The notes beneath the pieces are model-generated. The model was not told the DNA's origin and made no database searches. It saw nothing but the letters and a program-made list of their open reading frames with translations. The position numbers were made by a program, and so were the translations under genes. From Yuukianura sp. NJ FZ-2021 (lineage: Eukaryota), in assembly GCA_046563655.1 (NCBI GenBank), contig CM102285.1, positions 12,090,001-12,154,000 of the forward strand: a stretch of DNA of 64,000 nucleotides, in the 5' to 3' direction. Below, in pieces: positions 22,501 to 37,350 of this stretch (position 1 is its first letter; every line of letters begins with the position of its first letter).

Positions 22501-24909
22501 CGCCAAACGCCAAAAGACGGACCTCGACAAGATGACAAGTGATTAGGGATGATTGGTCGTTCAAAAGACAAATTCTTTGCGTCACGTTGATCAATTGCTT
22601 AGCCTCGGTATTATTATTCTCACAAAATCAATCTGAAGCTTAAACGCTTGATCGCAGTAATAAAGATTGGCACCCACAAAGTGTTCAGAAAAAAGTGAGG
22701 TTTTACCCACGTCAGAATGATTCCAAAAAGTTTCATTTTTCCCTGAAATGGCAAAGGACACGAGTAAACAACAATGAAAAGTGCAAATAAATGTTAGTAG
22801 GGTTTCCGAATTTGCAATTTCATCCTTGAGTGATGCTTCTCCTTGTCACTTGTCTTGTCCTTAAAACACGTGCTGGGCCATAAGTTGCAAAGAAAAGACA
22901 ATACCAAAAATGCAAATTATTCAAGATGAAACACAAAGTTGAACCATGGTGCTTGAAAATCTTACGCCTTCTACAAAATTTCAGACTTTCGCTAACAACG
23001 CAAAGCTTTCAGAAGCATCCTTTATTCCCTACTATTGAAAGTTATACGACCAAATCTCTCATTCTAATCAAAAACTTAAATCAGTCAATTAAATCTTTAA
23101 ATCTTATTGTAAAATAAAGAAAAAACATTTCCGAATTCCGATTTCACAGCATTCCTCAATTTCACACATAAAAAACACACAGAGAACCCAGACGGCAAAA
23201 CTTCTCAGATTTGACGATTCCGGTGTATCTACAATACAAAAATTTCATCGGTTTTGAACAATGCCAAAAAAAATATATTGAAAATTGAACCGACAAAATG
23301 GCAGCTATTATTAAGTAAAAATTTTACAGGTCAACCCCAAGCTGCGTCCAAATATTCCACGTGAACGAATTCTAGCATTTTTGAAAACCTTGTTGGCAAA
23401 AATTCCTGTTTTAAAAACTTCAAAATTTTGGAAAATTGAACACAGCCACTTTATTTCCAACAAGCGAAACAGGAAGAGGAAGAAAACCACCTTTCTTTTC
23501 GTGTGTGTAGAGTGTAACTCTCAGAAAAACGCAAGGAAGGGGATGAATGAATGGTGTGGGAAACAGAATCTGCGTGGACTTCGGATGTTCTTAAGGGAGA
23601 GTTGATCCCGTGAGAACTGAAATTAAGACCACTTGCTTCCTTTCCTTATTCCTACTCTTAATTTCCTGGAGGAAGTAACTAGTTTCTTAAGGAACCTAAC
23701 CATAGTCCAAGGAAACTTCAGCAGTAAAGAAAAATAAAAGCCTCACATTCATTCACAAAGGACCCCTGGATGACCTTGTAAGGCCCCCTCTTCACATCTG
23801 CTTTCGACACATAGCACCCACTTCTAACTCGAAAAAATCCATTTCCGTTCTCATACATAAGTTTTTAGTAAGATTTAAAAATTTGCCAAATTAAAAACTG
23901 TCCTAAGCAGCTGGAAACAAACGGAAACTAAAAAGTTCTGGATTCAAATCCAGTTTTCCAAAGGAGGAGGGGGTGCAGCAGTCTAAATGAAAACAATCTT
24001 CATTCATCCCTCATCCCTCCGAACTGTGAAGTTTGAAGAGCTTAATTCCTTAAGCGGAAGTCATTACTTGAAGAGAAATCTATTAATATCCATAAACCAC
24101 AGAAAGATCTGTTTTAGTTTGGTTTTAGTTCCGAATTCCCACTATAACTTTTAAAACGAAATCTGCTCTGGATTAAACTGTCATTCCATTCAGTCTGGCT
24201 AGAGCGGAAGAGCCAAACGGATTCTGTCAATGAGATTTAGCTTTTTCTAAATAAACTTAAGGACTGTGAGCGGAAGTAGCGTCTCAAAAGTAGATCAAAA
24301 TTTCAACCGAAAATTAAGCACATGGTTTTAACGTCAAACTTCCGTTTCCTCCCAGTTCTTGCTTTAGTTTTCATTCGCACGTTAAAACCGACTGAGTTGA
24401 AGAAAAGAATTTTGAAATTTTTAATTTTTAAGTAGTAAAGTAAACCCTATCGATTTCAATTTATACTGAAATAATTCTTAAACAGCGCATTGTGAATATG
24501 TCAAACCTATCAAACACCAAGCTTCACATAACACTTAGAAGCAAAAGTTGATACTTTCCAAACTTTCGGTCTAATAAAAGTTGCATCAAATTTAACATGA
24601 AACTTTAGTAGCTTCAAAATTCTAGCCACCTTGAACGTAACTCGATCTACTCAAATGTTTAACCAGTTTGTCATTTTTAGCAATTCGCCTAAATCGATCA
24701 CTTCTGCATCATAAAGCACAATTAAACATAATCATAAAAAAAAGTTTAGAAAAATGTTAAGTTTCGGTAAGTTTCTCCACCAACAGAAATAAATCTCAGT
24801 TTTCCACAGTGAAAATGACGATAAATTTTTCAGTTTGGCCGGTGCATATATCATTGCGGCGCATTTTGGAGGTAAGATTTGTTTAAAAAAAACTTCGACT
24901 TTCACTCAC

Positions 24910-25162
24910 TTTTGCCACGAAAAACTTCTGTCGGGAAGTAATTGTGTCGATACGGATTTGAAAAAAATGTCGGTTTTAGTTTGAAATTAGTTCGACCATT
25001 TCTCGGAGTCGATGCGGAGTAAGTTCTTCCTCCTCCTCCTCCTCCGTTGTTTGAAACACGGAGTGACATAGTCGTGGGAACTGTTGTACTTGTTGAAAGG
25101 GAAAGGATAATCAGCACCAAGTAGATTTCCATCACAGAAACTTTGGAAATTGAAATTGACAT
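24910..25162 (-). CDS. Egfr: Egfr proximal alternative first coding exon (isoform about 1492 aa)
   Basis: MSISISKVSVMEIYLVLIILSLSTS... signal-like stretch; ends FRGK A|gtgagt (phase 1). Joining exon 16126 gives EVFRGK-ICIGTNG, matching the arthropod EGFR xKGKICIGT junction as I recall it. The start could instead be the ATG at 25132. Confidence 0.88.
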
Positions 25163-28100
25163 TATGGCAGCAACATTAAGATCCCACTGCAACTTCCAGT
25201 ACTATCCTCATTTGGACATGAATGGACATCCAAGTACTACTGCTGACCATTGTCCATCAAGAAGATCTCGACGTATCCTTAATTACTCCCACTTCTCTTC
25301 TGTCATCGTCCTTTCAACACACATTATTCACTTCTTTTCATTACATTCCAAAACGAACCCTGGGAAAGTACTTTTTCTCCACTCTTTTTCAACGTGTTGA
25401 ATTCCTTCCAAGCAGGTACAGAAATAGCGTCAGCAGAAGATCCAATTGGCTAATCCTCAGAAGTGGACGGATCTCTTCAGAATTTCAAAATAGAATTCCA
25501 AACTGTTCCTTGGAGGGACGTTAATTAGAATTCCTTGAGCGATTTGCAAAGGTAAATTCTAATTGCCCACTTGAAGCTTCTTCCAAGTCCAAGAACAACG
25601 TTGGCCAATTTCGGTTGGAAATTAGGCGCAATTAATTGTTAAAGGCAGCAAAAAAGTGGGAAAGTGCTTGAGCAAAATTGTCTTCCGCCTGTTCTTGACC
25701 AACAGGATTTCGTACTTGTGTTCCCTGTCATCTTGTCATCCTGCTTGAGCCGAAAGCGAAGAAGATCTCAAGATTCATGGAGCCAAAAGGTGGTGACAGA
25801 AAGTGTCGCCACTTTTTTCTTGTGTTTTTGGGAGATCCTGATTCCGGAGACTTGCGTTTTAACAATATTTGCTGTTTGCTTGTCCGTCCAGTGGCTGCTG
25901 TCTCCAAGCTCTTTATCACTGGAAACAATAACTTCCAAAACTGGGGCACTTTGTGCACACACAGAACCAAAAAAAAACCTGTTGAAAAATTCGGAATTTC
26001 GAATAACACACTTTTTCCTTTTCATCAAAATTTTCGTGTATTGTTACATGACACCTCGGAAGTCGAAACTCTTTTTACGAAACAATTCAAAAATTTTCAG
26101 AAAATCAAGAATCTTCAACACTTTTCAAAATCTAAAATTCTGAAATATCCTAATTATCGTAGAAAAAAAAATTCAAAAATATCCTACATTTTCTTGTTTT
26201 CTTGACCTAACTCTAAGAGCACTTGAACGTGTAATAAACTTCAACTGCGTCCGATTTTGGATTTACAGTTGTTCCAGCAGCATTTCAAATCTGTGCAAAC
26301 TCTTCTGAACTCTTTGATAAAAAAAAACACATTGCAAACTGTAGTCAACACTTTCCAAATCCAATTCTTAGAGCAACTGATGATTCAAGTTCAACTTCAA
26401 AAGTAAACTTTTGCCGATAAGATTGTCGGAACAACGTCTCTAGCTTACCAACAAGAACAACCTAAGTTTTCAGACTTAGCCCATCGAAAAATACCCTAAC
26501 ATTAACAATCTTTCGTATAAGCTAACCTAGGTGTGAAGGTATGTCCAACCTGTTGTTCTAAAAACCTTAACTGAACAAGAGGCCTTCATGCCTCACTCCA
26601 CCTCATCGTATAACTGATCATCTTCTCCGAAACACTCTTCGAAAAGCTGAACGCTTTGTGTACCTGACACTTTGGACATAACGTGTAACAGTGGACCAGG
26701 CGTACTAAAAAACCTATTGTATTTTGTATTCCTACACTTCTTATGTTACAACCCTACGCTTTTTAGCGATCCCCCATCAAATTCAATATCAAAAGCAACC
26801 TCTCCAGTCAGCAAAATCTTTACGACACCCTGAACACTTTGCATTTTCTCAAACAACCTGGACAGGTCGAACCGCCAACTCAGCTGGATTCCGCTAGCTA
26901 ACCGCTAACCTAACAATCTGAGCAATTCTTTTCAACTTTACTAACTTTTTACTATAGTAAACTGCATTTCCACATCCAGTTTTAAGAAGAAGCTGAGATT
27001 TAACGTTAGAATTATACTAATCACCACCATGCATGCTGTTTCCTATACTGCCTTAGTAAGGTCTAACTAAAAACCAAAGGAATTCCCTCCAGGCCCTTCT
27101 AGCATCTCTTTTTTGTTTAGAATCATTCCAAGGTGGAAGAATTACAAAGAAGTTTTTCCGAACCACGAGAGATGATGATGGTCCTCCGCCTTTCTTAGAA
27201 TCTCCCTGCGAGAGATGTGCAGAGAAGATCTTGAAACAGGTACAAAAGAAGCGAGATCCAATGCAACTTACACATGTGCAGATTCCTAAGCCATGAATTC
27301 AAACAGGGTTGAAAATACTTGGACCAATGAGGGACTTATCAGATCCTAAACTATCATTTTCTAATTACTAGCTTCACAATGCTCCTGCTGCTAAATCTTC
27401 TCCTGTGCAATTTCATCAATGCACAGAGGAATTCAGCACAACTTTTTCTGCAAATCAATCTTATTTTTTCTGTTTTAGACTATTATTAATTTTGGCAATC
27501 CAGTGCAAACTCGTTCATTAAAAACCTTGCAATTTTTTACTTCTAAAGTATTCGTATCATTTTTTAGGATGAATGCACTCCGTGCAAACAAACCTTTAAA
27601 GTTATTGCGTGTACTACCATCATCTTTCATTTCCTTCATAAAGAAAGCTCTTAAGTCCAATCGTGCATCTCCAGAATTTAAGAAAATCCTTTTTCATTTT
27701 TTCCAAATTTCATTTTTTTCTTGTCAAAATACAGGAATTGACAATGATCTTCCTCAAAATGACATTCAATTACCAACACGGAAGCTGTCAGTCAACCACC
27801 TTCAAGTTTCACACCCTCCCGTGCAATTTTTTGCCCAACAAGTCCTAATTTTTCAAAATAAAGTTCCGCCACTCTAATTTTCAAAATTTTGAAACGTGAA
27901 ATACTCTGTACAAACATAAAACTAACCTTTTAGCACTCGCCTAACATCCGACAGAACGAATACGATATATTTTTCTCAGAAAAAAATTGAAAGGGAGTGA
28001 AAACTGATTATTTCGTTCCAAAAAATCTGATATCCAGCATTGTTTGTAATTTGAGTCCAAAGTTACTAAGTACTGGGGCCCTTGAAGGGGTCCTTGGAAA

Positions 28101-30751
28101 ATCTCCCTTAACAGTCGTTAAATCTAACGTCTCAGCATGGAACGTTAGCCTTTAACTGTTATGCCCCAACTCCTAGAAGATCTTGTTTCTCAAATCTTGG
28201 AATTTTGATCAGCAGAAGCATCATCACCAACAACCTTACCACCAAAAACCCCCAAAAAAACATGATCAGAATTCTTGAAAAGTGCTTCAAAGTACCCACT
28301 CAGCAAAGCTTTATTTTTCAAAACAAGAAAAAAAATCGAAAAAAAAAGAGGAAAGAATTGTGATTATTGCTTTCCTTGAGTTCCCTACTGAGCAAGTAAA
28401 GTAGCGGGTTCATGTTAAAATCCTTTAAAACTAAAAACCTAAAAATCCTTTTCCTGCTTTAGCTTCGTGTTTCTCAACTTGTAGCTTCTTTTTTTCTAAA
28501 AACTTCAACAAAAAAAAGTTGAAGAGAAGAAAAAATTGTGGATTAAGAGAAATCCAACTAATTAATTCCCTTAAAACTATTGGATTCTTAATTCCACTTG
28601 TCAAGTGTTGGACTTCTGCCATCCTCGAAGTCGTACTTGATGTTTTCATGTAGACGAAAGACAAAATCCATCAAATCCTGCCAAAAACCTAAACAACTTT
28701 CTTCATTAAAACTCAAATTTCAATTTTACAACAAACTGTCATTTTGAAACCAATCACAATTTTCCATACAAAACCTGCGACAAGGCAATAACAATATATT
28801 CAACAAGTTAGTTCTTTTCCTAAATTGACGCTTAAAGGTCACGAGTTTTCGCCTTTGTCCGATTCATTGTTAAGTCATTGCAAATGTCAATTCAGTTGTC
28901 AAATTCCTTCCGAATCAAACCTCTCAATCGACGTAGACAATAGAATTCCAAAAGAGACAAACTACTTACAAAGAAGAAAGCAAATTTAACACAAATTTTT
29001 CCAATTCTCTGTGCTCAAACAAATCGAATTGAAAATAAACCAATTTTTCAAAATTTGAACGCGTCAACTGTAACAATTGAACTGCAATTCGAAAAAAGTT
29101 TCAATTCTTCAAACTTATTTTGAAAGAACAAATGGAGGAAAAGAAATTTGGAAAAGAGAAAACGGAATTTTTTATAAATTTTTTAAATAGTACTAAGCAC
29201 GAATTAAAATTATCAGATTTAATTATTAAAATGCAACACCCGTTGTCTCTCTACGATCTGCAAACATAAAATTTTTGAAACAATTTTTCAAAAACCAAAA
29301 ACATGTCACGAACTGCTCCACTGCTTGAGGATACAAACTAACAATCTTAACACCGAGAAAGTCCAGTGCTCTCACCTTAGAATTTTTTTTTACAGCCACC
29401 TCCCTTATTCATGATGTTTGTAATAAAATCACAAATTAACTCACCAAATGGATTTTTAATACCTTTATGAACCTAACAGTTAACCACCAAAGGTCATTCC
29501 AAAACGTGGCTTAACCAATGCACAAAAACCAACAGTTCAGCCTCTTTTTCAAAATTTGCAACCCTGATACAATCAAGAAAAGCTCAAACTATCAGAAAAA
29601 ACAGAAAACAGAATTTTTCATGTTTAAATTAGTATTTTTCAAGCACAACGCAATTTAATTTATGATTTTAATTGCCCAATTACCTCATGTCAAATTTCAC
29701 AAAAACTGCACTTTTTTCAGAAATATTTTCGAAACTTAGCAGAAAAACTGTTAAATTCTTTTGTGTTAATTTACAAAAATTTTGACAAGATCTGCTTACA
29801 ACATTAATTACACTCTTTTACAGACATAATAAATTCCGGGTTTTTCTGTAATTTCAAATTCAAATTCCTTTGGAGCAAAAAACGAAAGAAAACAGTGAGA
29901 ATTTCTCAATAATCAAACGGGAGATTGAAATTCTTGAGGCTCAATAAAAACAGAATTTCAAATGTGGGAAAACTTTTTTTGCTTTCAAAAATTTAAGTGG
30001 TTCGTCCCATTCGATGTTTCACAAAACAAAAAAAAATCATTTAAAGTAAAAACGCAAGGATAATTTAGAATCTTCAAGAAAAAAAGTTTGATTTGCGATT
30101 TCCCCAAAGATGTCAAAAATCTTTGATTTTATTTTCCCACCCTACAAAACAGGAGTTTAAAAAAATCTCTCTTTTTGAGTTCAGTTTTTTGAGAGAAAGG
30201 TAGAAGATCTTTTCAGAATTTCCTTGTTTACTTTTTTGGTTCTTTGGAATGCCAATAATTTCAGCAAAAACAACATTTTTAAAGCAAATTCCCAGAAAAA
30301 TTTAGTCCAAAAAAATATTAAATTTTTTTCTCTCAACATTTTTGAAGAAGATGAGCCTTTCGTGAGTCGGTTTTTGTGCGAATCTGATTCCTTTTTGTTT
30401 CTGGTTTTTTAAGAAGAAGAAGCCGGATTTTACACAAAAGGCACAAGGAATGGCAACCCTCAGCGGCCTCATCTCATGTACTAGATAGAATTTTGCTTAC
30501 TTATTTTTTGCACCTCCTTCCAAGTTAATTTCGTATTCTAAAGACGTTTTCAACTTCAACTAAAAACTTAAAGCGTCTTGTCAGGAGTCAGGAGATGATG
30601 ATGATGATCCTAATCACAATCACTTCACCTCTTTCCTCCATTTCTCAAAATCTTACTAAATTCCTCACTTCCCGAAATGCAATTTATTAAAAAATTCCGA
30701 CTCGAATTTCCGCTTTCCTGAAACAACTTTCAAAATATGCCAAAACAAAAT

Positions 30752-30895
30752 CTCCAAAAACTCAACCTTGTCCACGTTTTCAAAACTCTCAAATCAAAAC
30801 TCCAAAAACTCACTTTTTTCCAAGTTTTCAAAACTGTCAAACCGGAACTCCAAAAACTCAACTTTCTCCAAGTTTCCAAAAATTTCAAATCAAAA
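30752..30895. repeat. 48-bp minisatellite, 3 diverged copies
   Basis: ctccaaaaactca recurs at 30752, 30800 and 30848. Confidence 0.85.
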
Positions 30896-33800
30896 TTCGA
30901 CTTTCTCGTCAACTTCTTGCTTCCGTTTTGTTTTTTTCTCGCTATTTCGCAAATTCTTTCACAATCTCTTCATCTTTTTTGAATTCTTCCACTTTTACCA
31001 CAAAAATGCAAATATACCACCATGAATTTTACTACAACGGAAGACAAAAAACAAGAAATCGTCACACCTCTAACACTCCTCCGCCTCTTAGCCATTTGTT
31101 TTCCTTGTCACAAAACAAAAGTTTTTAAGATTGTCGAACACACCGAACATTCGGGAAAACAAACCTTAGAACAAACGTCCATCGTCTTCATTTGAACAAA
31201 AAAGTTTAAAATGGCCAAAATTAGCATAAATTTAAAACTTTTTTTCAAAAACTATGTCTCTACTGTATCCATTCACTTTCAAAAAAGCAAAACAACATGG
31301 CATCTCCTGACACTTAGATTTAAGACTACCACTTCAGCTTTACTCTTGACGGTAGTGGTAAAAAAGATGTCTAAAATGGTTAAGATTTTTAAACTTTTTT
31401 GGTACTTGAAGAAATAACAATGGGGGATTTAGAAAAAACGCTCATATCAAAGTGTCACGGAAGGAAACAAGGAAAAGCCGGCCCTGGACTTATGATCTTC
31501 TTCTCATTCTCACATCGTTAAACCACAAAACACTTAAAAAGTGTTATCCTATGGGGCTGCCGCGGAAGAGAATAAAAGATTAAGTTGAACCTAAACATGT
31601 TAAATGTTTCAAAATTAAGAAGAAAACCACTTCCAATTAATCTTCACCAAATGTCCAATGGGGTTTAAGGAACCGCCTCCCCTTACGTTGCTAAGCAACT
31701 CTCATCTCCCCCTCCCCCTTTGCGAAAAGTGACCACGTACCACGTACGTCGACCTCAATCTTGTAATTTTGACAGTCGAAATTTCGCGTTTCTCACAAGC
31801 TAGGCATTTTTTGTGTTCATAAAGACTAAAACAATATAACATTTTATTGGAGGGAGATTTTTTTTTTGAAAAGGAAAAGCCAGTTTTGTTCCTCGGAGGA
31901 CAAGATTGTGGTAAAATCCTAAGCAAGCTAATAATTTATCCATTCTCCAAGTCGTACCCGTCGAACTTTCCTTTCGGCTCTTCAGTGGAGGTCTTAAATG
32001 AACTTTTAAAAAAACGTACAAAATAGCACCCACTTCAGGCGAAAAATCAAAAAAATTGTGCAGAAAAAAAATTTATACATGTTTAGTTAGTTGCAGTTCC
32101 CTTGATTGTTGTTTACCGAAGGCACTTCCTTTAATTTCAACTTTAATCTTTTGTATTTTTTTCAAAAAGTGCAAAGAAAAAAGAAATTCGTGTTTATTCG
32201 ACTAAAAGAGGAGAATCGTGTTTATTCGACTAATGATTTTACTCATCAGTCATCTAGCACTTCAAAATTCTTGGCCGTTTTTCAAATTCTGGGAAAATGA
32301 AATTTCGGATATTTCAAATTTTCTCCCTCGTTTGTTACTTCACCAAAAAACACGAAAAAAAAAAAACTTTTTCCTCTCTCAAATGTCCGCCCCTCCCCTC
32401 TTAAATGAAGTTTGTGTTTTACGTGTAAACGCTGATTCAAATTTACGATTTCGTTAACCCTCACAAAATAAAAAGAGCTTTACCACTATGAATTTCTGTT
32501 AACCAAGCAAACCGATTTGTTTTTCACAAGTTTTTGTTTTCAACTCGGAAAAATAACTTCAAAAAAAGTTATATTTCATAAAGAGCAAAAAATGGGCAAA
32601 AACTTAAGCCTTAACGGAGCTCTCTTTTACAAAGAAAGTCGACGGGCGCCTGCCTTCAAACCTTCAACTCCAGTTGCGTTACAAATGTAAAAAGAATGAC
32701 TTTGCTTTAGATCCCTTTTCGTGTAACATTTTAAAGCAAAAACCCTTGGTCAAGGAGCCCTTTGTTATTAAGGGCTCCTTCACCTGCTGTCACTCTGCCT
32801 TTTGTAGACTGTTGCCCGGGCAGACTGTTGCTCTTTTGACATGGGCACTTCAAGGGACCTTGGGGGCCCTTCTCAAATAATTGATGAGGCATAGGCGGGT
32901 CAGGGAAAATTTTCACGCTTCTTCAAAATCAAAAAAGGCTCTCGCGCACTGATTCAAAATTGATGTTCTTCACAAACGATAACGAAGGTAAAAGAAAATT
33001 AACGCTTTTCAAAATTTTAGGAATTTCAAAAAACCGCATTTTCAAAAATAGCCCAAACAGAAACCGAAAAATTCAACTGCTGACGTTCATCGGCCTAATT
33101 CTCTTCTTCCGTATCGCTTTCCAAGAATCATTCGAAAATTAAAATTCAAAAAGTTAAACAATTCATTCAAAGAAAGAAACACAAAAAGTAAACAATGTAG
33201 CAGCGGATCCATTGTTTTGATTTCGCAGAAACAGATATTAAAAAACTCAACAATAATTTTGCTAGCCCATAATAATAAAGTAACTACAGAGTGTAAAATT
33301 TGATCAATAAAATTCATGTTTTGCCAAAATGGCAAAATCATTTCAAAATTACAAAAAAGCGGCAACTTTCTCCCCTCATAAAGATGTCTTTCGTGTCAGC
33401 CTTGTTAAGTTAAGCCCTAGTCGCAAAAAATATTGGGACTTTACTTTTACAAAGGGAAAATGAGGTTCAAATTTATTGCAAAATGAAAAATGATTCTCAA
33501 AATTATGATAATTTTCCATTTCTCCCATACTCCAACCACCACCTTCGCATCTCTCTCCCTTTTAAAGTCAACATCTCTCCTCCCTCATCTTCGTCAATCA
33601 TCATTTCATCGAAGATCTAAAACAAATACTGCCAACATCTCAAAATCCAACATCTCTTCAAATGGAATTTCATCTTCAAATTCCCACTACTTTCAAACTC
33701 TGCCATATAAAACCGCTCTGCACAAGTCCAAGTACGGCATAAACAGGATCGTCCCCATTGAACTTTTGCTGGAACGCCAAAACAGCACGACTACTAAAGT

Positions 33801-35339
33801 TTAATGAGTTGAAAAAACCAATTGAAATCTGGAAGGGCATCGCAAGTCTTAGTATTAGTCGGGTGCAGCCAAAACAACAAAAGAGGTCGTTGGGTACAAA
33901 TATGCAATGAATCTTCCGTAAGACATGCGTCTCTGCGTCTTTACTGGAAGCAAGATTCATTTCAAAATGACAACCCTGCAGCTTAGCTTTTTAACTATGC
34001 AAGATTATGGTTTCCAGTTTTTTTAAAGTTCAAATTTTTGTACAAAATTTCATGCAAAGCACAGCATTTGCCTTGAAATGGATAGCACAGAGTATGTGGA
34101 CTGCCTCGGGGTGAAATTGAGAATGATGTCATCATAATTTAAGACTTTTATTGGACAGGGTATTGAAGTTTTATTTCCCAACAACTTCCAAAATTCAAAG
34201 TTTACTCCTCATAGTACTTCAGAAGAATTAAAAACCATTACCAAAATCCCACCAACATCTTAGCTTTTCAAATGTGAAAATTCAAGATTTGCAACTTTAT
34301 CTTTTTTCAATTCTCATCATGGCAGTTGAGAGATTTGATTTCTAAACTACTTCTTGACATGCAATCAAGATCAAACTTCCAAATCAAAATCTTTTCATCA
34401 CACAAACACAGCAATAATATAAAGATCTCAAATCAGTTAGAAACTTAAGTCGATCTACTTTGTTTAACAGAGTCAACACATAAACTTAACATAAAACCTA
34501 AACTAACAAAGTCAAAATGCTTCACACTAACATAAAATTGCATGAGAAAAAATGTCAGAGTCAGGAATTCCATTGTTTTCTAACCAACCCGTTAACCCTC
34601 TGTTTTGCCAATTGCAAAAATCACACATTCCGGCCCTTAAGGTCCCCGTCCCTTTAATTTGCAAGTTCTCTGCACTGCGGCCGCTCCTTCCTCAGTTTAA
34701 GAACCTGTCATTACTATTTCTCAAAGATCATCAACTTATCCCATAAATAATGTGCAGATCTTTGCCAAAAGCACATCAGTCCAATTTCACAAGTCCCGTT
34801 ACTTATCTGATTTAACACGTAGTTCCCCCTGCTCCAACAACATAAATATCTGGTTAAACTACATAAACTTAAATGGTAACCACCAACTTAAACAACAACA
34901 ACTTCTTCGGTTTCAAAAAAATAAACAGAGTGACACTGTACATTTTTTCAAATTCCTGAACGTCTTCGGTTATTATGCTTTTAAGGAGACAAAGTAGCAA
35001 AAAAGTGTAGTTTTTTTGCAAAACGACTTTTGACTATTGTTATTTTATCATTCCTCAACTAAACCGCAAGTACTTTTGTGCTTGTCAAATTACACTTTTT
35101 GTCAAAATGTTTAGACTAAACTTAAAACAACAAACCCGCCTGCAATTGTTAACCACACCATACACAAGGAAGTTAAGGAGGTTTAGAGAGTTTCTGAGTA
35201 ATCGTCCATTTATAGCATTTCCTAGAACAGCCTACAAATAGAAATCAAATCTTGCCTAAAAGTACTTCAGACAGACAAACATACTGCTTATATTTTGAAA
35301 CTTACAAACAAAATCTGCTTAAAAGTTTTTTGAAGTGAC

Positions 35340-35737
35340 CAGTGTTGGTGGATATCCACTTTTTCGACATTTCATCCACGGCTGGATATCCAGTGGAAGA
35401 AATGGACGAAATGGATGAATCCAAAGGGGCGGAGCTTTGCCCTCCGAATTTGAATTAACTGACTACAAAAAACTATAAAACATGAAAACACAGTACAAAA
35501 GCTATGTAAATATCGTTTTTGAATATGTTTTAAATAATATATTAACTACAATGACGAAAGTAGAGCTTTCTGCTATAATTTCGTAAATTTAAATTTGAGT
35601 TGATTTGAATTTCGCACAAAATTTGTGATTTCTTCCATCCACTTTTAGTTTCGTCCATTTGGGGCGCGTTTCTTCCAGTGGATATCCACTGGAAGTGGCA
35701 ATTAAGCCACTGGACGTTTAAGCGTCCACCAACACTG
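35340..35737. mobile_element. Non-autonomous hAT-type MITE, 398 bp
   Basis: 13-bp perfect TIR CAGTGTTGGTGGA / TCCACCAACACTG; perfect 8-bp TSD gaagtgac (35332-35339 and 35738-35745); subterminal palindrome tggatatcca three times; no transposase coding sequence. Confidence 0.92.
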
Positions 35738-37350
35738 GAAGTGACCAACCTGTCTATCTCTTAACACTGCAAAATGCTTTCTTGTTTCAAGTGACAATGG
35801 TGTAAAGTAAAAAACACTTCAATTGCTAAGAACCACCTTCTCGACCAATGACTTTTCCTAATGGGAGACAAGAGGTCAAGAAGATCAGTTCCGATAATGC
35901 CTTCATTTACGTCAATGACCACTTCAAACCATTTCCATCTTTTGTGTAAAAACCCGCACGACACCACAAAACTGTTAAAAGATTTACACAAAAAAGAAAC
36001 AATTTGTACAAAAACATGAGAATTCCGACAAACGTGCAAATTCCTCAGAGATCAACTCAAAACCGCCGCAAGAATTGGCACGCCGAAATTCCTTTGCAAA
36101 AATAGAGTCAAAGGTGTTCCCTAAAACAGTTTTTTTACAATCCCGTAAAAATTGTCGTAATTTCAGCAATTGACAAAAAAAATTGTCAAACTGAAAATAT
36201 CTGAAAATCAAAGATTTAAAACAGCCTTTCACACAACCTATTTCAAATTTTTTGAAATGAACACATATGGAGAATAATTTCATGGACACAAATTTAAATG
36301 TGGACAATTTTTAATGTTGTAATGTGAACAAAACTAGTAATAATAAGTCATGGACCATAATTTGCAACTAGAGCACTTAAAGGGGCCTGGCAGTGTCTCT
36401 TCCAAGTCCTCTCCAAAAGCAGAGCTACACTTCGCGCCTGGGTGGTCAAGGAACCACAATATTCTCACTTCCAATTTTCTCGCTTCATTTTTCATTTTTC
36501 AGATCTTGAAATGATCTCATTTTTTTAGGTAATAGCAATTCAATTTCAAATTTCATGAAAAACTGAGAAGTCGCCTTTCCCCCTCCCACCGAATCAACCT
36601 TCAAATTCCAAACAAAAAAAAAATCAGGTACTTCCAAGAATGTTCACCTTCACAAACATAATTTGGCATTTTTCAAGAAGTGCCAAAAAATCTAATTGAC
36701 ATTCCAAAGAAGATTAGTGTTAAAACAAAAGGACAAGGCGAGAAATTTATGAAGATTGGTCCTAATCCAATCTTCTCTTTAAAACTTAAAAACACTTAAG
36801 AATTCTTCTAATGCCTTTTCACCTCTAAGCACCTCCAAATTTAATCCAATAAAGTCAAGAACTTTTAAAAGATCAGAATATAAGTTGTCAAGTGCGTAGC
36901 CAACAAGGATTTGGCTCCTGACGTTTTTCTTTTTAGTCAAAAGCGCACCTCTTCATATTCAATTGTCCAAAAATCTTGTAATCTCCGCATTTAGAGCTTT
37001 CTTTTGCTGATCTCTCCTAGCAATTTCTTTAGCAACTCTTGGCGAACATTCCAAAGTAGAAATCTGTCGGAATTCCTTTCTCTCTATTACGTTCATGTGT
37101 GCCCTGAGGTGAGAATAACAATGGTTTCAAAAGCTGTCTTTCGGTTTTACGCCTCCTCCCATGCATACTAAAGCCAAAAAAGAGTTTTGTGTCCTTCCAA
37201 CATCCCTTTCCAAGTGCCGACTTCAGCTTCGTCTACTTAAAAGCTTCCAAACTAAAAAATTTTGAACTTTTAAAACAAACCAAATCATTAAATTTGAAAT
37301 TATGCCAACCAAATCCACAAAAATAAAAATTGAATTAACAAAATCCTTCA

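Noticed and set aside
25664..26205. Overlapping 142-159 aa ORFs upstream of the proximal Egfr exon
   Set aside because: Low-complexity F/K/L-rich translations of AT-rich UTR or promoter DNA; no domain features.
33490..33804. 104-aa Ser-rich plus-strand ORF as a nested gene
   Set aside because: No recognisable motif or splice context; composition follows the local C/T-rich DNA.
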